From: Caldivirga maquilingensis IC-167
GTDB lineage: Archaea; Thermoproteota; Thermoprotei; Thermoproteales; Thermocladiaceae
Assembly (NCBI RefSeq): GCF_000018305.1
Contig: NC_009954.1
Span: 1,350,001-1,382,000, forward strand
Direction of reading: 5' to 3'
DNA: 32,000 nt
The notes under the pieces were generated by a model. That model saw only the letters and a program-made list of their open reading frames with translations, did not search any database and was not told the origin of the DNA. Shown here piece after piece: positions 16,896 to 25,798 of the stretch. A program made the position numbers and the translations under genes. The number at the start of each line of letters is the position of its first letter. Position 1 is the stretch's first letter.

Positions 16896-17975
16896 ATGAG
16901 GTACAAGGAACGCTACCTAGTGCTTGCCGATGGTAGTGTTTACAGGGGTTACGCCTTTGGTGCGGATTCAGAAACCGTGGGTGAAGTCGTGTTCACCACG
17001 GCTAATGTAGGTTACCCAGAGTCCTTAACCGACCCATCCTATAAGGGTCAAATACTGGTTTTCACAAGCCCATTAATAGGTAATTACGGGGTTTCAAAGG
17101 AACAGTGGGAGAGTGACTCAATTCAAGTCAACGGCGTCGTGATCTTTGACTTAACTAAACCAAGCCACTACACATCAATAATGAGCCTCGATGAGTGGCT
17201 TAGGAACCAGGATGTTCCAGGTATTTTCAGGGTTGATACCAGGGCATTAACAATAAGGCTTAGGGAGCAGGGGGTCATAATGGGTGCTATAGTTGATGAC
17301 CCAGGGAGAGGCATGAGTATGATTAATGAGGCCCCATCCTACGATTCAATAAACTTCGTTAAACTGGTCTCACCTCAAAGCCCAATCACCTATGGGGGTG
17401 AGGACCCATGCATAGGCATTATTGACTGCGGTGTTAAGCTAGGTATAGTTAGGGAATTGGTTAGTAGGGGTGTTGAGGTTATTCGCTACCCATGCCTAAT
17501 GTGGAGGAGGGCGCTTGATGAGTGTGATGGCGTGTTAATAAGTAATGGCCCAGGTAACCCCATGCTTTTAACCGAATTAACAAGCCTAGTGGATGATGTT
17601 GTTAAGGATCGTAAACCAACACTCGGCATATGCTTGGGTCATCAAGTGGTGGCCCTTGGAATGGGGGCTAGGTTATTTAAAATGAGGTACGGGCATAGGG
17701 CTATTAATAAACCCGTCCTCGACTTGGTTAGGAATAGGGTGTATGTAACAACGCATAATCACGGCTACGCAGTGGATCCATCAACACTAAGCGGTACTGG
17801 GCTTAAGGTTTGGGCCATTCAGCCTGATGATGGTACAGTGGAGGGTCTTTACCATGAGAAGTTACCAATATTAACAACCCAATTCCACCCTGAGGCTAGA
17901 CCAGGCCCAGTGGATACTAGGTGGATTTTCGATAAGTTCATTAGTGTTGTTAAGGGTGAATCAGGTTGGATGTGA
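16896..17975 (+). CDS. carA: Carbamoyl-phosphate synthase small (glutamine amidotransferase) subunit
   Basis: The N-terminal CPSase small-subunit domain has VFTTANVGYPESLTDPSYKGQILVFTSPLIGNYG. The class I amidotransferase triad region has GICLGHQ...HNHGYAV...FHPE. Confidence 0.95.
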   Translation: MRYKERYLVLADGSVYRGYAFGADSETVGEVVFTTANVGYPESLTDPSYKGQILVFTSPLIGNYGVSKEQWESDSIQVNGVVIFDLTKPSHYTSIMSLDEWLRNQDVPGIFRVDTRALTIRLREQGVIMGAIVDDPGRGMSMINEAPSYDSINFVKLVSPQSPITYGGEDPCIGIIDCGVKLGIVRELVSRGVEVIRYPCLMWRRALDECDGVLISNGPGNPMLLTELTSLVDDVVKDRKPTLGICLGHQVVALGMGARLFKMRYGHRAINKPVLDLVRNRVYVTTHNHGYAVDPSTLSGTGLKVWAIQPDDGTVEGLYHEKLPILTTQFHPEARPGPVDTRWIFDKFISVVKGESGWM

Positions 17976-20900
17976 GGAGTGTCTTAATAATTGGTAGTGG
18001 GGCAATTAAGGTTGCTGAGGCTGCTGAATTCGATTACTCAGGTATACAGGCATTGAAGGCATTTAGGGAGGAGGGTATTAGGACTATTCTAGTTAACCCA
18101 AATGTAGCCACTGTCCAAACAACCAATGTATTCGCCGATAGGGTTTACTTCACCCCCATTAAGACTCAGTTCCTTGAGAAGGTTATTGAACAGGAGAGAC
18201 CTGACGCAATTGCCTGCGGCTTCGGGGGTCAAACAGCGTTATCAGCCTGCATAAACCTTAATGATGCAGGGGTGTTGAGTAAGTATGGTGTAAAGGTACT
18301 GGGTACCCCGATAGAGGGTATTAGAAGTGCATTAAGTAGGGACTTATTCAAGAATCTAATGTTAAGTAAAGGCCTACCTGTACTTAAGTCAGTAACAGCA
18401 CACGGCATTAATGAGGCGTTAAGGGGGGCTGAGGAGATTGGGTACCCAGTGCTGGTTAGGGTTTCATTCAACTTAGGTGGTGCAGGTGCATTTGTGGCTA
18501 GGAGTAGTGAGGAGTTGGTGAGTAGGATGCATAAGGCGCTTGCTCAAAGTGAAATCAAGGAGGTTCTGATAGAGAAGTACATTGGTGGGTGGAAGGAGAT
18601 TGAGTTCGAGGTGATGAGGGACTCCCACGGTGACTCAGTGGCTGTGGTGTGTATGGAGAACATTGACCCAATGGGTATTCACACAGGGGACTCAGTTGTA
18701 GTGGCGCCGTGCTTAACGTTAACTAATGATGAGTACCAAAGGTCAAGGTACATTTCAATTAAAGTGGCTGAATCCATTGGGCTAGTGGGTGAATGCAATG
18801 TACAGGTAGCCATTGATAATAAGGGCCCTGAAATGTACGTGGTTGAAACTAACCCAAGGATGAGTAGGTCAAGTGCCCTAGCCAGTAAAGCCTCAGGATA
18901 CCCTCTAGCCTACATAGCGGCTAAACTGGCTTTAGGCTATAGGTTAAGTGAACTCCTCAATAAGGTAACCGGTAGAACAATAACAGCCTTTGAACCAAGC
19001 CTAGACTACATTGTGGTTAAGATACCTAGGTGGGAGAACGATAGGTTCAATGTTAATGAGTCACTTGGCCCAGAGATGATGAGTATAGGTGAGGTAATGG
19101 GTATTGGCAGGACCCTTGAGGAGGCTTGGCAGAAGGCAGTGAGGATGCTGGATATTGGTGAACCAGGCCTAGTGGGTGGACGCATATACAATGAGTCAAC
19201 CCTTGAGGAGGCTGTTAAGATGGTTAAGGAGAGGAAGCCTTACTGGTTCCTATACGCCGCTAGGCTTCTTAAGGATGGTTACAGTATTGATGATATTTCA
19301 GAATGGACTGGGGTTGATAGATTCTTCATAAATGCAATTAAGAATGTAGTGGATACCTATGAATTAATCAAGAGGGGTGGTGAATTACCGGTTAGTGAGG
19401 TTTACGCCCTAGGCTTCAGTGAGGAGCAACTTAGGGGTATTGGGGCGTATTTAAGTCAAGGTGTTGTTAAGGTTGTTAAGCAGATAGATACCCTTGCCGG
19501 TGAATGGCCTGCATCAACCAACTACCTATACTTAACCAGTGGTGGTCAATTCGATGATAATACTGGACCCAGTGTTGATGCATTAGTTATTGGTGCAGGC
19601 GTATTCAGGATTGGTGTTAGCGTTGAGTTCGATTGGTCAGTGGTTAATACTGTGCTTGGCCTTAGGGAGTTGGGTTACAGGGTTGGTGTAGTTAATTACA
19701 ACCCTGAAACAGTTAGCACCGACTGGGACTTCGCAGATAAATTATTCTTCGAGGAGTTAACACCTGAGGCGCTTAGATGGATTATAATTAAGGAGAACCC
19801 TAAGTTAGTGGTATTATGGGCTGGTGGACAGATTGGGCAAAGGCTATACAGTAAGGCGCGCACATGGATAGGTGACTCTAGGATACTTGGCACTGATCCA
19901 AGTTCCATTGACTTAGCTGAGGATAGGGTTAAGTTCTCTAAGCTACTTGATAAGCTTAACGTGGCTCAACCACCATGGGCTTACGCAAGCAGTATGGGTG
20001 AGTTAATCAACCTGGTGGAGAGGTGGCTTGATTACCCAGTAATAGTGAGGCCCAGTTATGTTCTCGGTGGAACATACATGGGTGTGGCTAGGAATAGGAG
20101 TGAGTTAACCAGCTTTGTTGAGAAGGCTGCTAAAATAAGCCCAGAACACCCAGTGTTAGTGTCAAAGTTTTTAAAGGGCGGTGTTGAGGCTGAGACTGAC
20201 GGTGTCAGTGATGGTAAGGGAACCATACTAATCCCCATAGAACACGTTGAACCACCCGGTGTACACTCCGGGGATAGTACAATGGTCCTTGTACCCAATG
20301 GGTCAAGTTATAGGTTAAGTAATGGGCAAGTTAATGAAATGGCTAAGGTAACTCATTTAATAGCCTCAGAATTAGGTGTTAAGGGTCCATTAAATGTTCA
20401 ATTCATAATAAGTGATAAGGTCTACGTAATTGAGGCTAACATTAGGTCAAGTAGATCAATGCCCCTCAGCAGTAAGGCCACTGGAATTAACCTAGCTAAA
20501 CTAGCCTTAAGAGCAGCAATAAGTGGACTTGGTATAGAGGGTTATAGGTTAATTAAGCCTAGGGAATGGTGGGTTAAGTCGGCTCAATTCTCATGGTCAA
20601 GGATAAGGGGCGCATACCCAAGGCTTGGCCCAGTCATGTATAGTACGGGGGAGGTTGCTTCAAGTGGAGTCACCCTGGAGGAGGCTCTCCTTAAATCATG
20701 GTTATCCACAGTACCATCAAGAATACCGAGTAATAACGCCCTAGTCTACACTTACGATGAGGATCACGTTAAGAACATTGAGGAAGCCAGGAGGCTACTT
20801 AGCCAGTATTTAAACATAATTGAAGTGGAGAAGGCGCATGAATTACTGAAGCTTGGTAAAGTCGATATCCTGGTTACTGGAGGATCCACCGAGGATAAGG

Positions 20901-21067
20901 ATTACGTAACCCGTAGACTGGCTGCAGACACATCCACCCCACTCATCTTAGACTCAACACTAGGGCTTGAGTTGGCTAGGGCGTTTAAATGGTATTGGAG
21001 TGGTGGTGAATTAAACGTTAAGCCATGGGGTGGTGAATCAAGTATAGGTGACCTTAAGTGGAGTTAA
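17966..21067 (+). CDS. carB: Carbamoyl-phosphate synthase large subunit (1033 aa)
   Basis: Contains VLIIGSGAIKVAEAAEFDYSG and a duplicated ATP-grasp half (VIGAGVFRIGVSVEFDW...), plus NPRMSRSSALASKASGYPLA and an MGS-like C-terminus. The start (TTG 17966 or GTG 17972) overlaps the carA stop. Confidence 0.95.
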   Translation: MDVRSVLIIGSGAIKVAEAAEFDYSGIQALKAFREEGIRTILVNPNVATVQTTNVFADRVYFTPIKTQFLEKVIEQERPDAIACGFGGQTALSACINLNDAGVLSKYGVKVLGTPIEGIRSALSRDLFKNLMLSKGLPVLKSVTAHGINEALRGAEEIGYPVLVRVSFNLGGAGAFVARSSEELVSRMHKALAQSEIKEVLIEKYIGGWKEIEFEVMRDSHGDSVAVVCMENIDPMGIHTGDSVVVAPCLTLTNDEYQRSRYISIKVAESIGLVGECNVQVAIDNKGPEMYVVETNPRMSRSSALASKASGYPLAYIAAKLALGYRLSELLNKVTGRTITAFEPSLDYIVVKIPRWENDRFNVNESLGPEMMSIGEVMGIGRTLEEAWQKAVRMLDIGEPGLVGGRIYNESTLEEAVKMVKERKPYWFLYAARLLKDGYSIDDISEWTGVDRFFINAIKNVVDTYELIKRGGELPVSEVYALGFSEEQLRGIGAYLSQGVVKVVKQIDTLAGEWPASTNYLYLTSGGQFDDNTGPSVDALVIGAGVFRIGVSVEFDWSVVNTVLGLRELGYRVGVVNYNPETVSTDWDFADKLFFEELTPEALRWIIIKENPKLVVLWAGGQIGQRLYSKARTWIGDSRILGTDPSSIDLAEDRVKFSKLLDKLNVAQPPWAYASSMGELINLVERWLDYPVIVRPSYVLGGTYMGVARNRSELTSFVEKAAKISPEHPVLVSKFLKGGVEAETDGVSDGKGTILIPIEHVEPPGVHSGDSTMVLVPNGSSYRLSNGQVNEMAKVTHLIASELGVKGPLNVQFIISDKVYVIEANIRSSRSMPLSSKATGINLAKLALRAAISGLGIEGYRLIKPREWWVKSAQFSWSRIRGAYPRLGPVMYSTGEVASSGVTLEEALLKSWLSTVPSRIPSNNALVYTYDEDHVKNIEEARRLLSQYLNIIEVEKAHELLKLGKVDILVTGGSTEDKDYVTRRLAADTSTPLILDSTLGLELARAFKWYWSGGELNVKPWGGESSIGDLKWS

Positions 21068-21858
21068 CCATAACCTACGATTACTTAAGAGAGGAGGAGG
21101 TGGAGTTAATTAAGGCATTTAATGAACTCGGCGTTAACGTTAATACGCTGCAATCCACGAAACCACTCCACGTTAAGGAGCTTAATGGAGTCTTCCTAGT
21201 GAGGAACCTTAACCATAGGACTGCAATAACCATGGCCGGTATAATTGAGAACACTGGTGGTGTATCAATAAACAGGTACCTGACCCTCTCATTAACGTGG
21301 AATAAGGCCATTACGACTGCACTACTTAAGAGAATAGGCCTACCCGTCCCAGACACCTACGTTGTATTTGAGCCTATTATTGATGGTGTAGCCGGTGGTG
21401 GGCGTATTATTAAGCCTGCCTCAGGTTCATGGGGTAGGTTAACGGCCATTGTAAGTGATGGTGAAGCTAAGCTACTGATAAAGCATGCTAAGGATCACTT
21501 ACCCGTGCTTCTTCAAGAGAGGATTGGTGACGGTAGTGACTTAAGGATCTTCGTAATTAATGGTTCAGTGGTTGCATCAATGATGAGGAAGCCCCCTCAG
21601 GGTGATTGGAGGAGTAATGTAGCTAGGGGTGGGTTGGCTATGCCCATTAAGGTTAATGAGGAATTAGAGGAGTATGCAATTAAGGCCACTGAGGCTGTGG
21701 GTGCATTCTATGCTGGTGTTGATGTTTTAATAGGTAGGGATGGCTACTATATAAGTGAGATTAACGGCATCCCTGAATTTAAGGCAATAAGCAAGGTCAG
21801 TGGTGTTAGGGTTAGTTTTAAGCTGGCTGAGGCTGTCAGTGAGTGGATTAAGAGATGA
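21058..21858 (+). CDS. RimK/LysX-family ATP-grasp ligase, candidate glutamate--LysW ligase (ArgX-like), 266 aa
   Basis: Contains IIKPASGSWGRL, DLRIFVINGSVVASMMRKPPQGDWRSNVARGG and YYISEINGIPEF, which are LysX/RimK family motifs. The GTG start overlaps the carB stop by 10 nt. The ArgX assignment is inferred from this coupling to carAB. Confidence 0.75.
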   Translation: MELTITYDYLREEEVELIKAFNELGVNVNTLQSTKPLHVKELNGVFLVRNLNHRTAITMAGIIENTGGVSINRYLTLSLTWNKAITTALLKRIGLPVPDTYVVFEPIIDGVAGGGRIIKPASGSWGRLTAIVSDGEAKLLIKHAKDHLPVLLQERIGDGSDLRIFVINGSVVASMMRKPPQGDWRSNVARGGLAMPIKVNEELEEYAIKATEAVGAFYAGVDVLIGRDGYYISEINGIPEFKAISKVSGVRVSFKLAEAVSEWIKR

Positions 21859-22663
21859 TTAACCTAGCCACCTCCTCAGCTATTTCACCGGCAACATTAA
21901 TCCCAGTAACCCTTTGAACATTCTTGAATTCAGGCACACCATTAACCTCAAGAACAAGGTAACCCCTATCAGACTCAACAACATCCACACCTGAGTACAC
22001 TGAACCAGTAGCCTTACTGGCCTTAACTGAAATATCCTCAAGCTCAGGGTCAATCTTAACAGGGGCTGCTGAACCACCCCTTGCAGTGTTGGTTCTCCAA
22101 TCATCACTATACCTATAGATTGCGGCCACTGCCCTATCACCAACAACAGTAACCCTAATGTCCCGCTTAGGCTTCCTAACATACTCCTGACCCAGTAATA
22201 CATCATCACTGTAACTCCTAATTATTAAACCAGCTTCCCTGGCAGTGTTGGCTAAGGCAACTAACCTACCCCATGAACCATCAGTTGGCTTTATTATTAA
22301 CGGTGCCCCAAGTTCACTTAAAGCCCCCTCCTCATGATCCAGTAGGAGCATTGACCTCGGTACCGGTACACCAGCTTTAATCAACCTAACTAGGGTGAGG
22401 AACTTATCGTGCGTTATGTATAGGCTGTTGAATGGGTTAATTGACCCAAGCCCTAGTTCCTGGTAGGTGAATGATAATGGCAAAACCTTACTCCTACCAG
22501 CCACCCTAATTAACCCGAATGCATTAATGCTAGTATTACTAATATTAATGGATTCAGCCCTAATAGGCCTAACGCTTAATCCTCGCTTACCCAGCTCATT
22601 AATAAGAAGCTTCTCCTCCAGTCTAATTATGTCGTAGAGGATGTGGACTTCAATAGAAATCAC
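21848..22663 (-). CDS. lysX: Alpha-aminoadipate--LysW ligase (LysX, RimK family ATP-grasp), 271 aa
   Basis: Contains YDIIRLEEKLL, LIIKPTDGSWGRL, DIRVTVVGDRAVAAIYRYSDDWRTNTARGG and LVLEVNGVPEFKN, all close to characterised LysX. The GTG start directly abuts the lysW stop codon. Confidence 0.85.
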   Translation of the reverse strand: MISIEVHILYDIIRLEEKLLINELGKRGLSVRPIRAESINISNTSINAFGLIRVAGRSKVLPLSFTYQELGLGSINPFNSLYITHDKFLTLVRLIKAGVPVPRSMLLLDHEEGALSELGAPLIIKPTDGSWGRLVALANTAREAGLIIRSYSDDVLLGQEYVRKPKRDIRVTVVGDRAVAAIYRYSDDWRTNTARGGSAAPVKIDPELEDISVKASKATGSVYSGVDVVESDRGYLVLEVNGVPEFKNVQRVTGINVAGEIAEEVARLIIS

Positions 22664-22843
22664 CTATTCACCGTAATCCTCAACATCCCCCTTAAACTCC
22701 TCGAGTTCAAGCTTATCCTTACTAATCTTCACAATGTACTTTGTACCGCATGTTGGGCAACTGGTTAACTCACCATCCATTATATCCTCAGGTAGGTCGA
22801 ACTCGGTTCCACATACTTTACAGGTTGCTTTAAGCGCCTGCAT
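22664..22843 (-). CDS. lysW: Amino-group carrier protein LysW (59 aa)
   Basis: Has the Zn ribbon CKVCG...CPTCG and an acidic C-terminus ending EDYGE (family consensus EDWGE, with the terminal Glu as attachment site). I place the start at ATG 22843 (MQALKATCKVCG) because TATA TTTATAAA lies 22 nt upstream. The ORF-track 99-aa version reads through the promoter. Confidence 0.9.
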   Translation of the reverse strand: MQALKATCKVCGTEFDLPEDIMDGELTSCPTCGTKYIVKISKDKLELEEFKGDVEDYGE

Positions 22844-22865
22844 AGTTACCCGTGTTTTCCACGTG

Positions 22866-22873
22866 TTTATAAA
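22866..22873 (-). promoter_or_regulatory. TATA box (TTTATAAA) for lysW-lysX
   Basis: Palindromic TTTATAAA lies 22 nt upstream of ATG 22843, inside the 112-nt lysZ-lysW spacer. Confidence 0.55.
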
Positions 22874-22955
22874 TTTTTCTATATAAGTAAAAGAAAGCAT
22901 GCACACTATGCAAAGTATGTTGACGTCAAACATCCATGTATAAACCCGTGAAGGT

Positions 22956-23732
22956 TTACTCAACCACGGTTCCTAATCCATTGAGCGCGGATCGTATTGG
23001 CTTATCCCTCAGGCCATTGGCTATTATCGTCCTAACACCCAGTTCAGTGAGCTTAAGGGCTGTCTCAAGCTTCCTCCTCATACCTCCTGTGGTGTATTGG
23101 AGTATTTCCTGGGCATTGGCCTTAGTGACCTTATCAATGGGCTTACCGTTAACCAATACTCCATCAACATTAGTTAATATTACTAATTCCTTAACATTCA
23201 TTGATATTGCTATGTTTTCAGCTATTTGATCGCCATCAACGTTAAGCATAAGTCCCTCTTGGGATAAGGCTATTGGACTCACCACAACTACGTCTGAGTT
23301 ACTCAGCATTAGGTTCATGATGTTAACGTTAACCCCAGTCACCCTGCCACTGAATCCCCCATCAATAACCCTAGTCCTCCCCCTCTCATCAATAATCATT
23401 ACCCTCTCCTTCCTCTTAGCCGTAACCAACCCTAAGTCAACCCCACTTAGGCCTATTGCCCTAATTCCCCTTGCATTAAGCTTACTCACTATTAGCTTGT
23501 TAATGAGCATCATGGTCATTACGTAAGCCTTAAGGGTCTCCTCATCAGTGTACCTGCTGGTGTATCCATTGGGGTGCTTCAGTATAACTGGCTTAACACC
23601 CATCCTCTCCATTACGCTATTAACCATGCAGCCACCACCGTGAATAAGCACGGTGCCTGGTTCAACATCATTAGTAACGTTATCCAAGCCTCCACCGCAT
23701 ATTACTGAACCACCAAGTTTAACAAGTATCAT
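22956..23732 (-). CDS. lysZ: [LysW]-aminoadipate / [LysW]-glutamate kinase (LysZ, ArgB family), 258 aa
   Basis: Amino-acid-kinase fold motifs are present: MILVKLGGSV, VLIHGGG and TNVDGV. AGGTGAT (SD-like) lies 5 nt upstream of the ATG, and the gene starts 11 nt after the lysY stop. Confidence 0.9.
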   Translation of the reverse strand: MILVKLGGSVICGGGLDNVTNDVEPGTVLIHGGGCMVNSVMERMGVKPVILKHPNGYTSRYTDEETLKAYVMTMMLINKLIVSKLNARGIRAIGLSGVDLGLVTAKRKERVMIIDERGRTRVIDGGFSGRVTGVNVNIMNLMLSNSDVVVVSPIALSQEGLMLNVDGDQIAENIAISMNVKELVILTNVDGVLVNGKPIDKVTKANAQEILQYTTGGMRRKLETALKLTELGVRTIIANGLRDKPIRSALNGLGTVVE

Positions 23733-23743
23733 TTATTAATCAC

Positions 23744-24820
23744 CTAAACTGGGTATGGTGTAATGAACCTAAGCCCCTCGTCTTCAGGGAATCCTTGATT
23801 AATGTTGAATGATTGAATAGCTTGCCCAGCTGCTCCTCTAATTAAGTTATCTATGGCTGAGAAGACCACGACACGGTTGAGTCTTTGATCCAGTTCAAAC
23901 CCAACATCAACCATATTCGTCCCCACAACATACTTAACGCTGGGGTAGTGGGCTAAACCCGCCTTATCCTTAACTATGCGTATGAACCTCTCGTTACCGT
24001 ACATTCCCCTATAGGCCCTCCATAAGTCTGGTTCACTAATACTGCCGCTTAACCTAGCATGCCCAGTTACGAAAATCCCCCTAACCATGTCAACCGCATG
24101 CGGAGTGAAGGCGACATTAACCTGACTCCCGGCTAATAGGCTTAACTCCTGCTCTATCTCGGCTGTGTGCCTATGGCCAACAGGTTGATAGGGCCTAACA
24201 ACATGAGTCCTATGCCAATGGTAATCAAGCACAGTCCCCTCAGCTCCAGCGCCGCTGCTGGCTATCTTAGCGTCAACCACTATGAAGTCATTGTTAATTA
24301 AATGCCCCTTAACCAGAGGCGCCAGTGAAACTATTGAGGCTGTAGCCATGCATCCAGGCACTGCAATAACCTTAGTAGCCTTAATCTCATCCCTATGTAG
24401 TTCAGGTAGACCGTAGGCGGCGGCCTTAAGTAAATCAGGGTATGGGTGTGGTTGAGGCCAGTGATACCACTTAACGTAGTCATCAGGGTTCTTTAACCTA
24501 AAGTCTGCGCTTAGGTCTATTGCCAATAGGCCGCTTTCAACCAGTTTAGGTACCCATTTAACTGATTCACCGTGGGGTAGGGCTAGGAAGACCACGTCTG
24601 ATTCACTCTTAAGTACCGCATCAATACTGGGTTGAGTGAACTTCAGGTTAATGAACCCCCTGAGGTTTGGGTGCACCCTGTATATGAATTCACCTGCGAA
24701 TCTTCTTGAGGTTGCGCAGACGACTTCAACATTATTATGACCAAGCAGCAGCCTAAGTAATTCACCGCCTATAACGCCACTGGCACCTATTATGCAGGCT
24801 CTACGTATCGTCCCTTCAAT
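23744..24820 (-). CDS. lysY: [LysW]-aminoadipyl/glutamyl-phosphate reductase (LysY, ArgC family); start codon unresolved
   Basis: The catalytic region has AVPGCMATASI, typical of ArgC. The ORF-track GTG 24676 start would remove the in-frame upstream Rossmann motif IRRACIIGASGVIGGELLRLLLGH, which I translated from 24808 downward. The reading frame is open back to a TGA at 24829-24827 but has no ATG, GTG or TTG. Candidate starts are ATT 24820, ACG 24811 and ATA 24808. Confidence 0.85.
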   Translation of the reverse strand: MEGTIRRACIIGASGVIGGELLRLLLGHNNVEVVCATSRRFAGEFIYRVHPNLRGFINLKFTQPSIDAVLKSESDVVFLALPHGESVKWVPKLVESGLLAIDLSADFRLKNPDDYVKWYHWPQPHPYPDLLKAAAYGLPELHRDEIKATKVIAVPGCMATASIVSLAPLVKGHLINNDFIVVDAKIASSGAGAEGTVLDYHWHRTHVVRPYQPVGHRHTAEIEQELSLLAGSQVNVAFTPHAVDMVRGIFVTGHARLSGSISEPDLWRAYRGMYGNERFIRIVKDKAGLAHYPSVKYVVGTNMVDVGFELDQRLNRVVVFSAIDNLIRGAAGQAIQSFNINQGFPEDEGLRFITPYPV

Positions 24821-24967
24821 ACAAACTCACCGAAGCCTATATAGGTTCAGTCTTTATAAACTTAACGACCATCTTAAGCTAAATTGATTAAAATGAGTCA
24901 ACACCCGCTGCGGCAGTTTTATTAAGCCTTACCCCTATAGCCCACAGTACAGGAGGAAGTGGGGAGT

Positions 24968-25738
24968 ATGGTTGAGGTTAAGGACCTGTATAAAGAGAGG
25001 GTTAACGTTGCTGTAGAGCTTTGGGATAAGGTGCTTAGGGGGGAGGTGGTATCAAGGGGTGAGTTAATTAACCTACTAACTAAGTACTATGATGAACACG
25101 ATATTGAGCCGTTTAGGGGATTAAGTAAGATTGATATTTACGATAAGGAGTTAGCCACAGTGTATGTTGTTGGGGTTTATGGAATGGGGCTTGTGACTCA
25201 ACGTGAGGTTAAGGATAACTACGGTTCAATATTTAAAGTGGAGTTAATTTCAGATGAGGCCTACGGTATAATTAAGAATTACAATGGTGAGGAGTCTAAA
25301 TTAGCCTTAAGGAACCTAATAGAGGATAATCAAGCCCTCGGTGACTCACTGGAGGAGAAGGTTTTCAGGGTGTATAGGCTGGTGTACACTGGGGCTGTCC
25401 TAGGCTTCATGCCTGAGGACGATATTTCAAGAACCTACAGGGTTCTCTACGAGGTATTTGAACCACTTAGGCAGAGGCTTGTTAACTATGTTAAATTCTA
25501 CATAGCCACTAAGATAGCTGAGGGCATTGCCATAGGCCGCTTCAGCAACCAGAATGAGGTTAGGATTGAGAAGTACGCCTACTGCATAAGGCTAGGCTTA
25601 GAGAAGTGTGCGCCGAATAATAGGCTCATTCATGAGATAGCCCTATCAGTATACAAGGTACCACCCAATGTTGTTAATAGGCTTGTACCATTGGTTAAGA
25701 GATCATCCAAGTCCTCCCTTATCCCTAAGGCTTATTAA
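24968..25738 (+). CDS. Hypothetical protein (about 256 aa, helical, no family recognised)
   Basis: Coding-like composition. ATG 24968 is preceded by AGGAGG about 13 nt upstream. It lies directly upstream of the helicase on the same strand. Confidence 0.6.
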   Translation: MVEVKDLYKERVNVAVELWDKVLRGEVVSRGELINLLTKYYDEHDIEPFRGLSKIDIYDKELATVYVVGVYGMGLVTQREVKDNYGSIFKVELISDEAYGIIKNYNGEESKLALRNLIEDNQALGDSLEEKVFRVYRLVYTGAVLGFMPEDDISRTYRVLYEVFEPLRQRLVNYVKFYIATKIAEGIAIGRFSNQNEVRIEKYAYCIRLGLEKCAPNNRLIHEIALSVYKVPPNVVNRLVPLVKRSSKSSLIPKAY

Positions 25739-25798
25739 ACCAGTTTCAATACTTTTTTGAATCTAAGTGAGGGGGTTAGTTTGAAATCTAGGAGGTTA

